Assembly (NCBI GenBank): GCA_009914755.4
Contig: CP068257.2
Coordinates: 11,872,001-11,936,000, forward strand
Length of the DNA: 64,000 nucleotides
Direction of reading: 5' to 3'
From: the human T2T-CHM13v2.0 reference genome, Homo sapiens
Made by a program: the position numbers and the translations under genes. Below are positions 40,271 to 57,551 of this stretch, piece by piece. How positions within the stretch are numbered: position 1 is the stretch's first letter; every line of letters begins with the position of its first letter. Under the pieces are notes generated by a model that had not been told where the DNA came from, did not search any database, and saw nothing but the letters and a program-made list of their open reading frames with translations.

Positions 40271-42739
40271 CCTCTTGGCAGACAAAGGACTAAAGAGTTA
40301 AGGCAGACTTCATTATTACTATGTTAGTCAAATTATTTCTTTTTGTTGATAAGAATATGATATTTTGTTGGTAAGAATAGGACATATGGCCTTGCTTAGA
40401 AGAAAGGTGACTAAGAATTGTAGTTCTGGAAGGGGAGCTATTTTCCAGTAACAGCTCTACACTCTAGAAGAAGATATAAGAAAATTGATGAATACTTAGT
40501 TCCCTGTAATTTACTCTGTCTCCTATAATCTGAGATTTTAATTTCTCCAGTGCAGTGTTTATCTGATTATCCTTTGTAGATAATTTCCTTTGTAAGTAAA
40601 GTTCTGTACTAGGGAGAACTTCACTTTTCTTCTTTGTCTACTAACATACTTCAGGCCTCAGATTTGTCTTACCTGCTCTTAAGTCTTTATCAAAGCAATT
40701 TAGACTCTATAGCTATTTGTTTAACCTACCTTTTCCACTAGGACTGGGAGATTTTTCATTTTTCTCATCATTAAATTCCCAGTAGTTAGCAGAAATTCTG
40801 GATAGAATAAAAACTTTATTAATATTTGTTGAAGAAATTCATACATCACTTAAGCCTGTTCTTTACGCATTTAATTTTTAGTAAACTCTTTACTGAGGTG
40901 TAACAGAAACATAAAAAATCACAAATCATAAGTGTATGTATAGTTTGATGAATGATGAATCACCATTGTATTAGTTTCCTACAGTAACAAATTACTGCAC
41001 ACTTGGTGGCTCATAAGAACAGAAACATATTTTCTCTTAGTTATGGAGGACAGAAATTCAAAATCAGTATCACTGGATCAAAATCAAGATGTTAACAGGG
41101 CCACACTTCTTTCAGAAACTCTGGAGAAAAATCTGTTTCTTGCCATTTCCAGCTTCTGGTGTCCGTGAGGATTCCTTGGCTATTGGCCACATCACTCTCA
41201 CATCTTCAAATCTCTTTGCTCCAACTTTATATCAATCTACCACTTTATGTATAAGGTCTCTCTTAGCCTTCCTCTTACACAGATACATGTGATTGAATTT
41301 TAGGCCCAGCTAGATAATCCAGGATGATCTCCAGATTTCAAGATTCATAAATTAAGCACATCAACAAATACCCCTTTTTTCAAATATAAGGTAAAATTTA
41401 TAAATTTCAGGAATGAAGACATGAATACCTTTTGGGAGACTACCATACCTTCACATGAACTCAGCCACATGACTATTTAATAGATTGATCTAAAGAACAT
41501 TACCAGCCCCTAAGTTATTCTTCCTTTTAAACTTTCTATCAGTTTTTGACTTTGTTAACTGAAGAGTAATTAGTCCCCTGACTTCTAACAAAATGGATTA
41601 CATTTGCCATTTTAGAATTTATATAAAGTAATACAGTTTGTTTTAACTATTGTCTGACTTTTTGCTCAGCATACATCTATGTTTTGGTGTACAATTATAG
41701 TTCTTTTATTCTCGTTGTTATATGGTAATCTATTTTATTAATATACCAATATTTAGTCTATTGTTGGGCATATGGCTTGTATTACAGTTCTGCTACTAAT
41801 AGAACTGCTATGAATATTTCATACATGCCTTTTAGTATATATTGTATGTTGGACATACAACTAGGAGAAAATTAGTAGAATTAGTGTGTGGTAGAGTAGT
41901 ATATGTGTGTTCACTTTTGGTATATTCTTCCAGCTTTCCAAAACGATTGTATAAATGCATGTTTCAGTAATAGTCTGTGAGAGTTTCTGTTGCTCCACAT
42001 CCTAATTAACATCTAGGAGAGTATTACTTTTTCAGTTTAGCCATTCTGATGTATATAAATAAATATTGCATTAAAATTTCAATACGTATATGAATAATTA
42101 TTAATACAGTTAAGCAAACTTTCATATGCTTATTGAGCATTTGAATATCTCCTTTTGTAAAGGGCTTATCAAGTTTTTGCCCATTTATCCATTAGTCTGC
42201 TTTTTTCTTACTGATTTATGAGCAGACTTTTAGTATTTTCAATATAAAGTTTAAAAGGAGGAATATCTTGGGGGCTGCTTATATGCTTAGTAAATTTCTT
42301 TTTCCAAATTATGAGCTGCATTTTCACTCTCATAATGTCTTTAATGATGATTATGTATTTTAATGAAGTCTAGCTTGTCATTTTTTCTTTTAAGTTTAAA
42401 ATAATTTGTCATATTTAAGAAATCCTTGCATATACAAAAGTCATGAAAACATTCTCCTATGTCTCCTATATCATCTTCTAAAAGCTTTATTTTTATTTAT
42501 ATAGAGATATATATTATTCTGAATTATTTTTGTGAATTTTGTGAATTTAGAGCCAAGCTTTTTTGTAGTTGTTTGTTCAAGGTAGGAGTATAATTGCCAA
42601 GCATCATATTTTTGTTTCTTCTCTTCATTATCCTATTTCTCATAGATCAGGTAACTATATACTTTCTTTTTGTTCCCAGAATCTCTAATGTGTTTCACTA
42701 GCATGTTTCTTTTTTCTTTACCAATACAAGATTTCAATA

Positions 42740-43190
42740 TATAGTCTTTTGTTTAACTTTTATTTTTATTTCAGGGGTATACGTGCAGGTTTGTTTTATA
42801 GGTAAATTATATGTCACAGATGTTTGTTATACAGATTACTCTGTTACCCAGGTAATAAGCATAGTACTCAATAGGTGGTTTTTGGATTTTCCCCCTTCTG
42901 CCACCCTTCTCTCTGTAGTAAGCCCCAGTGTCTATTGTTTTCTTTTTCATGTCCATTCCTACTCAATGTTTAGCTCCCACTTACGAGTGACTACATGTGG
43001 TATTTGGTTTTTTTGTTTCTGTTTCTGTGTGTCTTTGCTTAGGATAATGGCCTTCAGCTTCATCTATGCTGCTGCAAAGGACATGATATCATTCTTTTTT
43101 ATGGCTGCATTGTATTCCATGGTGTATATGTATCTTGTTTTCTTCATACAGTCTACTATTTATGGGCATCTAGGTTAATTCCATGTCTTT
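42740..43190 (-). mobile_element. L1 (L1PA/PB-type) 3'-end fragment, antisense
   Basis: …ttatttcaggggtatacgtgcaggtttgttttataggtaaattatatgtcacagatg… and …ggataatggccttcagcttcatctatgctgctgcaaaggacatgatatcattcttttttatggctgcattgtattccatggtgtatatgta… The plus ORF 42783-43178 is an antisense artefact. Confidence 0.75.
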
Positions 43191-43579
43191 GGAAATGCAA
43201 AGAGGCAAGAATAGTCAAGAAAGTTTCAAAGGATGACATAGTCTACCATATATGAAGACTTCTTGTGTCTTTTTTCAAAATTTGAAGAAAGTCTTGATAT
43301 ATGCAGTGTATGCCTGCCTTCAGAATTTCTTTGGATATTCTTACCTCTTTGTATTTGCATATAAATTTTAGAATCAGCTTGTCAATTAGCTCAAATATAT
43401 TATTAGAAATTTGATTGAGATTGCATTAAATCTATGGATCAATTTGGGAAAAATTAACCATTATCAAACAACATTGCTAAATGCACTAGTTAACCTTAAT
43501 AGCTTAAAATATTTTCTACATATATACAGACATACAGAAATGTGTATTATATATATACAGAAAAAAATGTTTTTCTAAA

Positions 43580-44105
43580 ATTATATTCAACTCTTTCAGT
43601 TATTTTTAAATACACAATGAATTATAGTTAACTATAGTCACCCTATTGTGTTACCGAATACTAGACTTTATTCCTTCTAACTGTATTTTTGTACCCATTA
43701 ACCATATCCTCTTTATATCTCCCTCCCCACTACCCTTCCTAATCTCCAGTAGCCATCATTCTACTTTCTCTCTCTATGAGTTCAATTTTTTTTAGCTGAG
43801 ATATGAGTGAGAAATATGAGTGAGAACATGTGATAGTTGTCTTTTCATGCCTGATTTACTTCACTTAACATGATGTCCTCCAGTTCCATCCATGCTTTGC
43901 AAATAACAGGATTTTATCATTTGTATAGCTGAAAAATATTTCACTGTGTATGTGCACCACAGTTTAATTATCCGTTCATCCATTGATAGACACTTTGGTT
44001 GATTCCATATTTGGCTATTGTGAATAGTGCTGAAATAAACATGAGAGAGCAGATATCTCTTCAATATACTGATTTCCTTTCTTTTGGATATAGACCCAGG
44101 AATGA
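43580..44105 (-). mobile_element. Old L1 (L1MA-type) 3'-end fragment, antisense
   Basis: …gagtgagaacatgtgatagttgtcttttcatgcctgatttacttcacttaacatgatgtcctccagttccatccatgctttgcaaataacaggattttatcatttgtatagctgaaaaatatttcactgtgtatgtgcaccacagtttaattatccgttcatccattgatagacactttggttgattccatatttggctattgtgaatagtgctg…. Confidence 0.7.
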
Positions 44106-44330
44106 GCCATCTCGGCTCACTGCAAGCTCTGCCTCCGGGGTTCACGCCACTCTCCTGCCTCAGCCTCCCGAGCAGCTGGGACTGCAAGCACCCGCCACCA
44201 CGCCCGGCTAAGTTTTTGTATTTTTAGTAGAGACAGGGTTTCACCATGTTAGCCAGGATGGTCTCAATCTCCTGACCTCGTGATCCGCCTGTCTCGGCCT
44301 CCCAAAGTGCTGGGATTACAGGCGTGAGCC
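44106..44330 (-). mobile_element. Alu fragment (about 225 bp, lacks both termini), antisense
   Basis: gccatctcggctcactgcaagctctgcctccggggttcacgccactctcctgcctcagcctcccgagcagctgggactgcaagcacccgccaccacgcccggctaagtttttgtatttttagtagagacagggtttcaccatgttagccaggatggtctcaatctcctgacctcgtgatccgcctgtctcggcctcccaaagtgctgggattacaggcgtgagcc. Confidence 0.9.
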
Positions 44331-44339
44331 GGAAAAAAG

Positions 44340-45440
<1,101 letters not shown>

Positions 45441-45569
45441 AAGAACACAAAGAAAATCAATTATACTAAACTGTGGTATTCAAATATTTTTTCAATGGTG
45501 ATATAGTAATACAAGTGCTTTCTGAACACACTGAATAAGATCTAGTGAGAATCTAATAGCTAAACCAAT

Positions 45570-46660
45570 TTTAAAATAGTAATGTTCCATAAACAGAACT
45601 AAAAACAAAAACCACATGATTATCTCAATAGATGCAGAAAAGGCTTTCAATAAAAGTCAGCATTCCTTCATGATAAAAACACTGAACAGACTAGACTTTG
45701 AAGGAACATACCTCAAAATATTGAGCCATATATGACAAACCCACAGCCAACATTATACTGAGTTGGCAAAAGCTGGAAGCATTCCACTTGAAAACTGGCA
45801 CAAGACAAGGATGCCCTCTCTCACCACTCCTATTCAACATAATATTGGAAGTTCTGGCCAGGGCAGTTAGGCAAGAGAAAGAAATACAGGGCATTCAGAT
45901 AGGAAGAGTGGAAGTCAAACTATCCTTACTTGCAGATGACATGATCCGGTATCTGGAAAACCTCATAGTCTCAGCCCAAAAGACTCTTAAGCTGATAAAC
46001 GACTTTAGCAAAGTCTTGGGATACAAAATCAATGTTCAGAAATCACTAGTATTCCTATACATGAACAACAGTCAGGCTGAGAGCCAAATCAGGAATGAAA
46101 TTCCATTCGCAATTGTCACAAAAAGAATAAAATACCTAGGAATAAAGCTAACTAGGGAGGTGAAATATTTTTACAAGGAGAACTACAAAACACTGCTCAA
46201 AGAAACCAGAGATGACACAAACAAATGGAAAAATACTCCATGCTCATGGATAGGAAGAATCTATATCTTTAAAAGGGCCATACTGCCCAACGCAATTTAT
46301 AGATACAGTGCTATTTCCATCAAACTACCATTGACATTCTTCACAGAACTAGAGAAAACTATTTTAAAATTCATATAGAACCATAAAAGAGACTGAATAA
46401 TCAAGGCAATCCTAAGCAAAAGTAACAAAGATGATGGCATCATGCTCCCTGAATTCAAACTATATTACAGGGCTACAGTAACCAAAACAGTTTGGTAATG
46501 GCACAAAAATAGACACATAGACTAAGAAACAGAATAGAGAACCCAGAAATAAGACCACACACCTACAACTATCTGATATTTGACAAACCTGACAAAAACA
46601 AGCAATGGAAAATGAATTCTCCATTCAATAAATGGTGTTGGGATAACTAGCTAGCCATTG
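45570..46660 (+). mobile_element. Old L1 ORF2 reverse-transcriptase fragment, sense
   Basis: ORF 45788-46378 has RT motifs (…[57 protein letters not shown]…[13 protein letters not shown]…[15 protein letters not shown]…). Confidence 0.85.
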
Positions 46661-47854
46661 TCTTAGTAGCCTAGACAACTGCCTTGTCTAGGGAGATGGC
46701 AGCAGAGATGAAGAGACATAAATTAAGTCAGTATATATTTTTAAAATAGGAGGACTATTTAGTGGATTGTATGGAGTAGTGGATGAGAAAAAAGGGGGAA
46801 TCAAAATTGTGAATTTATTAATAGCTAACTATTTATTTGACTGCATCCATTTTTCCTCTCATTCTACCTCCAATTTCTTCTCTTTGTACCTCAGACTCAT
46901 CTTCCTTCTTTGATGACAAGGGCTCTAAAGTGAGTCACCTAAACTGCAGTCTGAGGAGGAGTCAAGGGTACTGCAAATGTGAGAGCCAGATTCAGATACT
47001 GGCATGTGGAACAAGTTGAAGAATGGCTAATCTGACGTTCTGTATTTATCCAGAAATTTTAACTAGGCTCCATGAGTAAGGCTTTGAGGGCACAGTTCAG
47101 GGCTTAGCTGATTCCCCCCAAATGAGCTCTACTACCAGAAATTCCCTGGTAGAGATTATTTATTCTCCAGCTTTAGGGCTTTTATTAGATGAAATGTCTT
47201 ACTTCATGCTTTAATTTTATGGTTCTATTTTTAACAATTTCCTGAACAGTACATTCTACCATGTCTCAAAATAAACAATTTGTTATATTTTTATAAATCT
47301 GGACAAAGTCTGCCTTGTTTATTAACGTGTTTTTAAAAAATTCAATAGATAACTATTAAGTCATTTACTTCTCAGTTAATTTATAGAAGACAGCATTTCC
47401 ATTAGTATCTTTTGAATAGGTAAGAGATGAAGGACAAAATACTTTAGACTTTTAAACTATGTTTATTTTATTTAAAATCATTGCTGTGAAAAAAAAACAA
47501 GACATTGACCTATTGAACATAGTGTATTATTTTTCCTTTTATGCAATCTTGGCATATTCTTCAATTCAAAATAAGAAACCCCAAAAGTATATAATACTTC
47601 TTTGGAAAAATATGCAAAGGCCAACACATACAAAGGACAATGCTAGCTACAGAAATGCGTCAAAGACTAATAATAATTGACAAAAATCCAGTATTTTAAC
47701 AATAATTAATACCAGGTAAATTGATACATCCTATTACAGTATGAAATTCTGCCATTTAATTTCAAGTAAGAACCCTTATTTCCATTCTAGTACCTGCTGT
47801 CTTATGCATGTTTAACACAACAACAACAATAATATAAGTAGTTAGCATATATTA

Positions 47855-48178
47855 AAGCATTAACGAACACCAAGCATTGTTAAATATATTACATGTATTT
47901 TTGCTTAATTTTCACAACATTACTAATGGTTAAATATTATTACCACATTTTGTAGGGCAAAAAACTGAGGCTTAGAAACATTGAAAAAAACTTGCTCAAC
48001 GTTGCAAAACAAGAAATTTGTGACACTGGAATTGACATCTACAAGGGACTGATGTAACTAATTGCTGGATACATGTCCCTCAAAGACACAGAAACAGATC
48101 TTGTATTCTAGTGGATCTCCGGCACCCAGTGAGGGCCTGAAACAGAGTACATGTCCAACAAATAATTATTGAAGTAAA
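47855..48178 (+). mobile_element. MIR SINE relic
   Basis: …tattaccacattttgtagggcaaaaaactgaggcttagaaacattgaaaaaaacttgctcaacgttgcaaaac…ggcacccagtgagggcctgaaacagagtacatgtccaacaaataattattgaa matches the MIR core, with tRNA-like and terminal motifs. Confidence 0.6.
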
Positions 48179-48311
48179 GATTGACATTTCAGGAGCAGAG
48201 ATTAATATTCAAAAACAAAGATGAGAATTTTGGCAGAAAAGTCAAAATGAGGTAAAAGTACATTTCCACCTTAACTTTTTTTAATTTGCTTAGCTGACAT
48301 AAGGAAGAGTT

Positions 48312-51513
<3,202 letters not shown>

Positions 51514-53357
51514 TGAACTAGTGTTTCCAATTTAAAATGTGGTTTTCTATCTGGCTCCAACACTACATTTCTTCATAAGCTTCTGCACATTATTTAATGT
51601 TAAATATTTGGATTGGAGGTTGTGTTGAAGCATGTTTTACAATTATCTTGGACTTTTAAGTGGCAAAACTATTAATGCCATTTCTTTCTTTGCAAGGCAA
51701 AGTCATGTTTTTCTTATGCTACTCGCTGTTCAAATCTATGATGACTGATTGCTTCCGGAACTCTTCTTATATACATCAGTCATTTTAAGTAGACACATTT
51801 TTATCAGTATATCAAAATACCATGCAATCTAACCTAGTTTTGTCACCCCAACCATATTAGTGATGGAAAACTGGAAAACGTTCTATTCGTTTTTCTGTCA
51901 TATGTCTTAACAAGCTGCAGTCTTAGAGACATGCTAAAACTAGAATATCGAATTTAACCTGCTAGTGACTTTTTTTGAAAGAAGTTATTCTTCAAAGGCA
52001 TACTACTTTAATATAAGATGTATTTTGGGAAGAAGTTTTAGGAAAATAGAAATGACATTTTTAGAACCCATTCTGTATTACTTTCCATAAAGCAGTCATG
52101 ACAAATATTTAATTTACCTTTTACAATATTTTTAGAGATGAAAAAGGGAGAGAGGTAAAGTGAATCCCCAGGGATAATACAACTAGGAAATGACAGAATC
52201 AAGATTTAATTCCAGGGTCCATGTTTGTCTACAGAAATGTCTTTGCCCCTTACAGTGGTTCAGCCTTAAATCTGTCCTGTGAATTCTCTGGACCTTCAAT
52301 ACTTCAGCTGTTAGAAAATTGGACTGGCTGGCTGATTTCCAAAGACTCTCTTGTAATAAAAAATCTGTTTAACATGATCAATAATATACCAAATTAGGGA
52401 GAATCATGCTAAGTATTTCTTAAATTCTTTTTTTCCTTTCCATAGGTTATATTATGTTGAAAATTAGACACAAAGCTTCTTCTAAGACTAATAATATGCT
52501 GCAATATTTATTTTGGAAATGAAAGCTTATGATTAATTTAATAGCTAATATTTTTCCCAAACATTGAGTCTTGGTAGTAAATAAATTCATCATACTTATA
52601 ATTTTCAGCCCAATTTTGAAAGCCAGTCAGATTTGAGTAGTTTACTGTCTATGATTTAAACTTTACAAATTATTATTTGATTATTTACTATATTAATTAT
52701 GAAGTGTGATAGTGGTATAAACACCTATTAAGAAACTGTATTGTTAAATTTCTGAATCTTTGAACTGTTCTCTTATTTTCAGAGTTGACACAGAACTCAA
52801 ACAACTGAACCGCTTAAATCAAGATTGTTGAACATTAACTAAAAGAATCTCTTCACAGTATAAATTTTCCCATAAAACTATTTCCAGTGTTATACTTGTT
52901 TTGTCCTACACTGCTAATTATACTTCTAAATTAATCTAAACACCATCAGAGTACCACAAGGCTGTACAGAATGGGAGTATTCTGGATTAGAAAACAGGAG
53001 ATTCATATTTTATCTCAGGCTTCTTTAATTAGTCTTAATCCGAGGTATGTTTGTAGGATCCAGAGGTCTATGAAGTCCTGAATTTATGTTCACAATTTTG
53101 ATTATATGTTCATTTTTCTATGAAAATCACCTTTACATTTCACCAGATTATCAAATAGACCCATAACTCAAAAGGTTTGTAAACACTGCACTAACTTTTC
53201 GTCAAGATGTCGCACATTTCTTATCCCTGACTTCTTTTCATAATTTAAACTAAATGATTTGAAAGGTAAATTCTAAGTTTAATTTTTTGATTGCTCTAAG
53301 AACATAACTGTTGATATTATATCTCACAAAGGAGATCGCTATTCATTGCATGAAGTA

Positions 53358-54302
53358 TCACGGAGCAGTTTTCCCAAGACTGAAATACTGAATATTCAGT
53401 TTCTTCTTCATTGCTGTCTTCACTTCCTGGTTTCTCAAAGTATAGATAAGTGGATTCAGAAAGGGAGTGAAGATGGTATAGAAAACAGAGAGAATTTTGT
53501 CTACCAGGAAGTTTGTGGAAGGCCACACATAAATGAAAATACAGGGCCCAAAGAACATTAACACAACAATAAAATGTGCTGTACAGGTAGAAAGAGCCTT
53601 GGAGGATCCTGTGGAGGAGTAGTCCCTGATAGTATTAAGAACAATGATGTAGGAGGTGAGCAAAAGCAGAAAACTTGTAAGAGCAGTCACACCACTGGTT
53701 GAAATCATGGAGGTCCCAAGAACATAAATATCTATACAAGCTAACTGGATGACCAAAGGAAGATCACAGAAAAAACTGTCTACAACATTGGGAACACAGA
53801 AGGGCAAATAGAGGGAAAAACTAATTGGCTCATTGTATGTAGAAAGCCCACTGTCCAACAAGAAACTGCCACAAGCTCAACACACACTCTTTGGCTCATA
53901 ATTGTTGAATAGCGGAGAGGTTTACATATGGCAATATACCTGTCAAAAGACATGGAGATCAGCAGCACAATCTCAGTCCCATTGAAGAGGTGTAAAAAAA
54001 AGATCTGAGAAATGCAGCCTTCAAAAGAGATGGTCTTACGCAGAGCAAAAAAGTCCATAATCATCTTTGGTGTGGCAAAGGAGGACAGGCACATGTCAAT
54101 GAGACAGGTTGCTGAGCAGGAAGTACGTGCGAGAGTGAAGGTGTGAGGTGGATAGGACAGTGAGTAAAATCAGGCAGTTGCCCAACATGGTCATTAAATA
54201 GAAGACAGAAAACACCACAAAAAAGAATATCTGGAGTTCAGGAGAATCAGTAAGTCCAAGTAACATGAATTCAGATACTCTGGAATAGTTAAACCCCTCC
54301 AT
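53358..54302 (-). pseudogene. Olfactory receptor pseudogene, class II family 4-like. Full-length 7TM homology split over three frames by at least two frameshifts.
   Basis: ORF 54096-54302: MEGFNYSRVSEFMLLGLTDSPELQIFFFVVFSVFYLMTMLGNCLILLTV…YFLLSNLSH*. ORF 53780-54094: …CLSSFATPKMIMDFF…MSFDRYIAICKPLRYSTIMS…. ORF 53358-53861: …PFCVPNVVDSFFCDLPLVIQLACIDIY…KALSTCTAHFIVV…NPLIYTLRNQEVKTAMKKL…. End coordinates differ mod 3. At ~54096 a 2-nt loss is evident (…aacctgtctcattgacatgtgc… should read NLS-L-IDMC). Confidence 0.85.
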
Positions 54303-55741
54303 TCATCTGCAGACTCGGCTTTATAATTGTAAAAGGAACAAAATTACAGAGTTTGAAAATGTGATATTTCTACAACCACATATTAACTTATCATTCGCTT
54401 AAAGATTGATTACTAGATTCCAATGAAAAATTCTCAGGGTAAACGTTTTTGGGGGGACTCACTTAACAGTTGCTACCAGATATAATCTGAAAAGTTTAAC
54501 CTCTTGGTTTTGACCAGCATCAGCACACGTTGAGCTGTAGTCATCACATGCCCATACAATTATACACCTATCTGAATACTACTTAACGAGTTATGTAATA
54601 CACATTTATTGAGGCAGATTACATTACATTTGTGTGCTCTACTGAATAAGGCAGGTAAATAAAACTAAAAATAAAATAAGTGTTGAACTCTCAAAGGTTT
54701 CTCTTACACACAAAAATGTGAATATTTTGAATCAACTATTGTTAAACACTAGACTTAACTAAGACTTTAATGATTTCAGAAGATCCATTTAATATCTTAT
54801 GAGGGTGATAAATTATTTAATTTTTAATTTCTTAATTCCATAAGACAACTGATAACCAAAAGGCATTCTTGTAACCTACAAGAGTTATTCTCCACTTTTG
54901 GTAATTTATTATTTCATAGAAACATGTTTTAAAAAGAGAATCTCCCTCCTTTAATTCTCTTCATTCTACCCAAAGCTATATTTTAAACTAGAAAAAACAA
55001 ACAAAAAAGATACATTAAGAACTCAGAATTATTTTTCAAAATTACTTTTTTCATTTACAGTGCTTCCCAAGTTCTAGAAATTTTATTTCCTATGGAATAT
55101 CAATGTCTTTACCAAACAGTCAAAAGTGTGGTACAAAACAAGTGAAACTTAGTCCTAGTAAATGAAAGCTAATTTTGTGACCAGGTAGGGTTTACTTTGC
55201 CAGCCACCTAATGAAATTTAAGCCTTTGACTACAGAAATTTTAGCTGAGTAACTGGAAATTTGTCCGGGTTGCTGGAAAATTTGATGAGACCAAAATTAA
55301 TTAAGTAAAAAAATATAGTGTTACATCAGGCATTTATAAGTCTATATGCATCTAAATCATTTTTTTAGTTAAATTGCTTTTTCCACATGTAAAACTACAT
55401 GAATTCCCTTGTTATATTACACATTTGAATATTTCACTTTATATATTTGAATATTTATCTAGTTTTGATAATAATTTAATTATAATAGATAATGCAATTT
55501 TATCTAATCCTGTATTCTAACTTACCGTCTTTGAAAATGCAATATTTCATTCCTTCTTCAATAAAAGTTTTCAAGGTACACTAAAAAAGATTTCATTATG
55601 TCAGTGAAACGTGGTGGACGAATGTCAAAAATTTTAAAATATCAATATACTAATATTTAAGTTATAGTCAATATGCTTAGAAAAGAATAAAATCATTGTT
55701 ATAAACTCAAAGAATGAACAAATGGAAAAAGACTCAAAAAT

Positions 55742-56053
55742 GGGCCGGGCACAGTGGCTCATGCCTGTAATGCTAGCATTGTGGGAGGCTGAGGCAGCGG
55801 ATGGCTTGAGCGCAGGAGTTTAAGACCAGCCTGGCCACCATGGCGAAACCCTGTCTCTACTAAAAATACAGAAATTTACCAAGCATAGTGGCACACACCT
55901 GTAATCCCACACCGGCTTCTCCGGTGGCTAAGGCAGGGGAATCCTTTGAACCTGGGAGGCGGAGGCAGAGGCTACAGTGAGCCAAGAACATGCCACTGCA
56001 CGCCGGCTTGAGCACTAAGTGAGTACCTGTCTCAAAAAAAAAAAAAAAAAAAA
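55742..56053 (+). mobile_element. Alu (AluS/J-like, diverged) with a 21-nt poly-A
   Basis: gggccgggcacagtggctcatgcctgtaatgctagcattgtgggaggctgaggcagcggatggcttgagcgcaggagtttaagaccagcctgg…tgtctcaaaaaaaaaaaaaaaaaaaa. Confidence 0.9.
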
Positions 56054-56741
56054 GAAAAGAACTATTTGACTTTTATTTTCTTCATTATCTTCCATTAATT
56101 TATTCCCAATGATCCTTCCAAAAATTCTTGAAAATAAATAATAATAAAGAAAATCTTGCATTATGAATGCCTGAGACTACTGACTATTGAAATTTTAGAT
56201 TGTAGATCAATACACATATAGATTTAACTGTCTGACAGTGCCAATGTATCAATTCAGTGAAAAAATAAGTTTTATGATTATGTGCCCCCTTTTTTCTGAA
56301 TTAACTGATTCGCTGATTAAATTTGCAGATAAGCTGATTGCTTTTAGTTAAAAGTAGTAGCATGGTTTCTAGTCTAAAGAAAAAGTCTTATCTGATTTGC
56401 AGTAAAAGCTAAAACAAGTGTTCCAAAACAATTTTGGCTTCTTTTTTGGATAACTATCACAAATTTTACATTGACTACACATTCTGACTTTAGAATAGAA
56501 GGATTATACCAATTGTTCTGTTGCAGCAACTTTCAGAGTCCAGTTAGAAGTGGAAAAATAAAAATGGGAAAAAATCTGATTCATTTTTAAAAATTTTAAT
56601 TTGTTTTTAATTGTTGCTGTGCAGAAGCAAATGTACTGGAAATGAATTGTACTCAGTTAATTATAATTTACCTTACTATTCCATCCTTAACTCATTCTGT
56701 GATTGAACACTAAATATCAAAATTTTAAATATTACTTTCAC

Positions 56742-57551
<810 letters not shown>

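Noticed and set aside
42783-43178. 131-aa plus-strand ORF
   Set aside because: It is entirely the antisense of an L1 3' end, a T-rich artefact.
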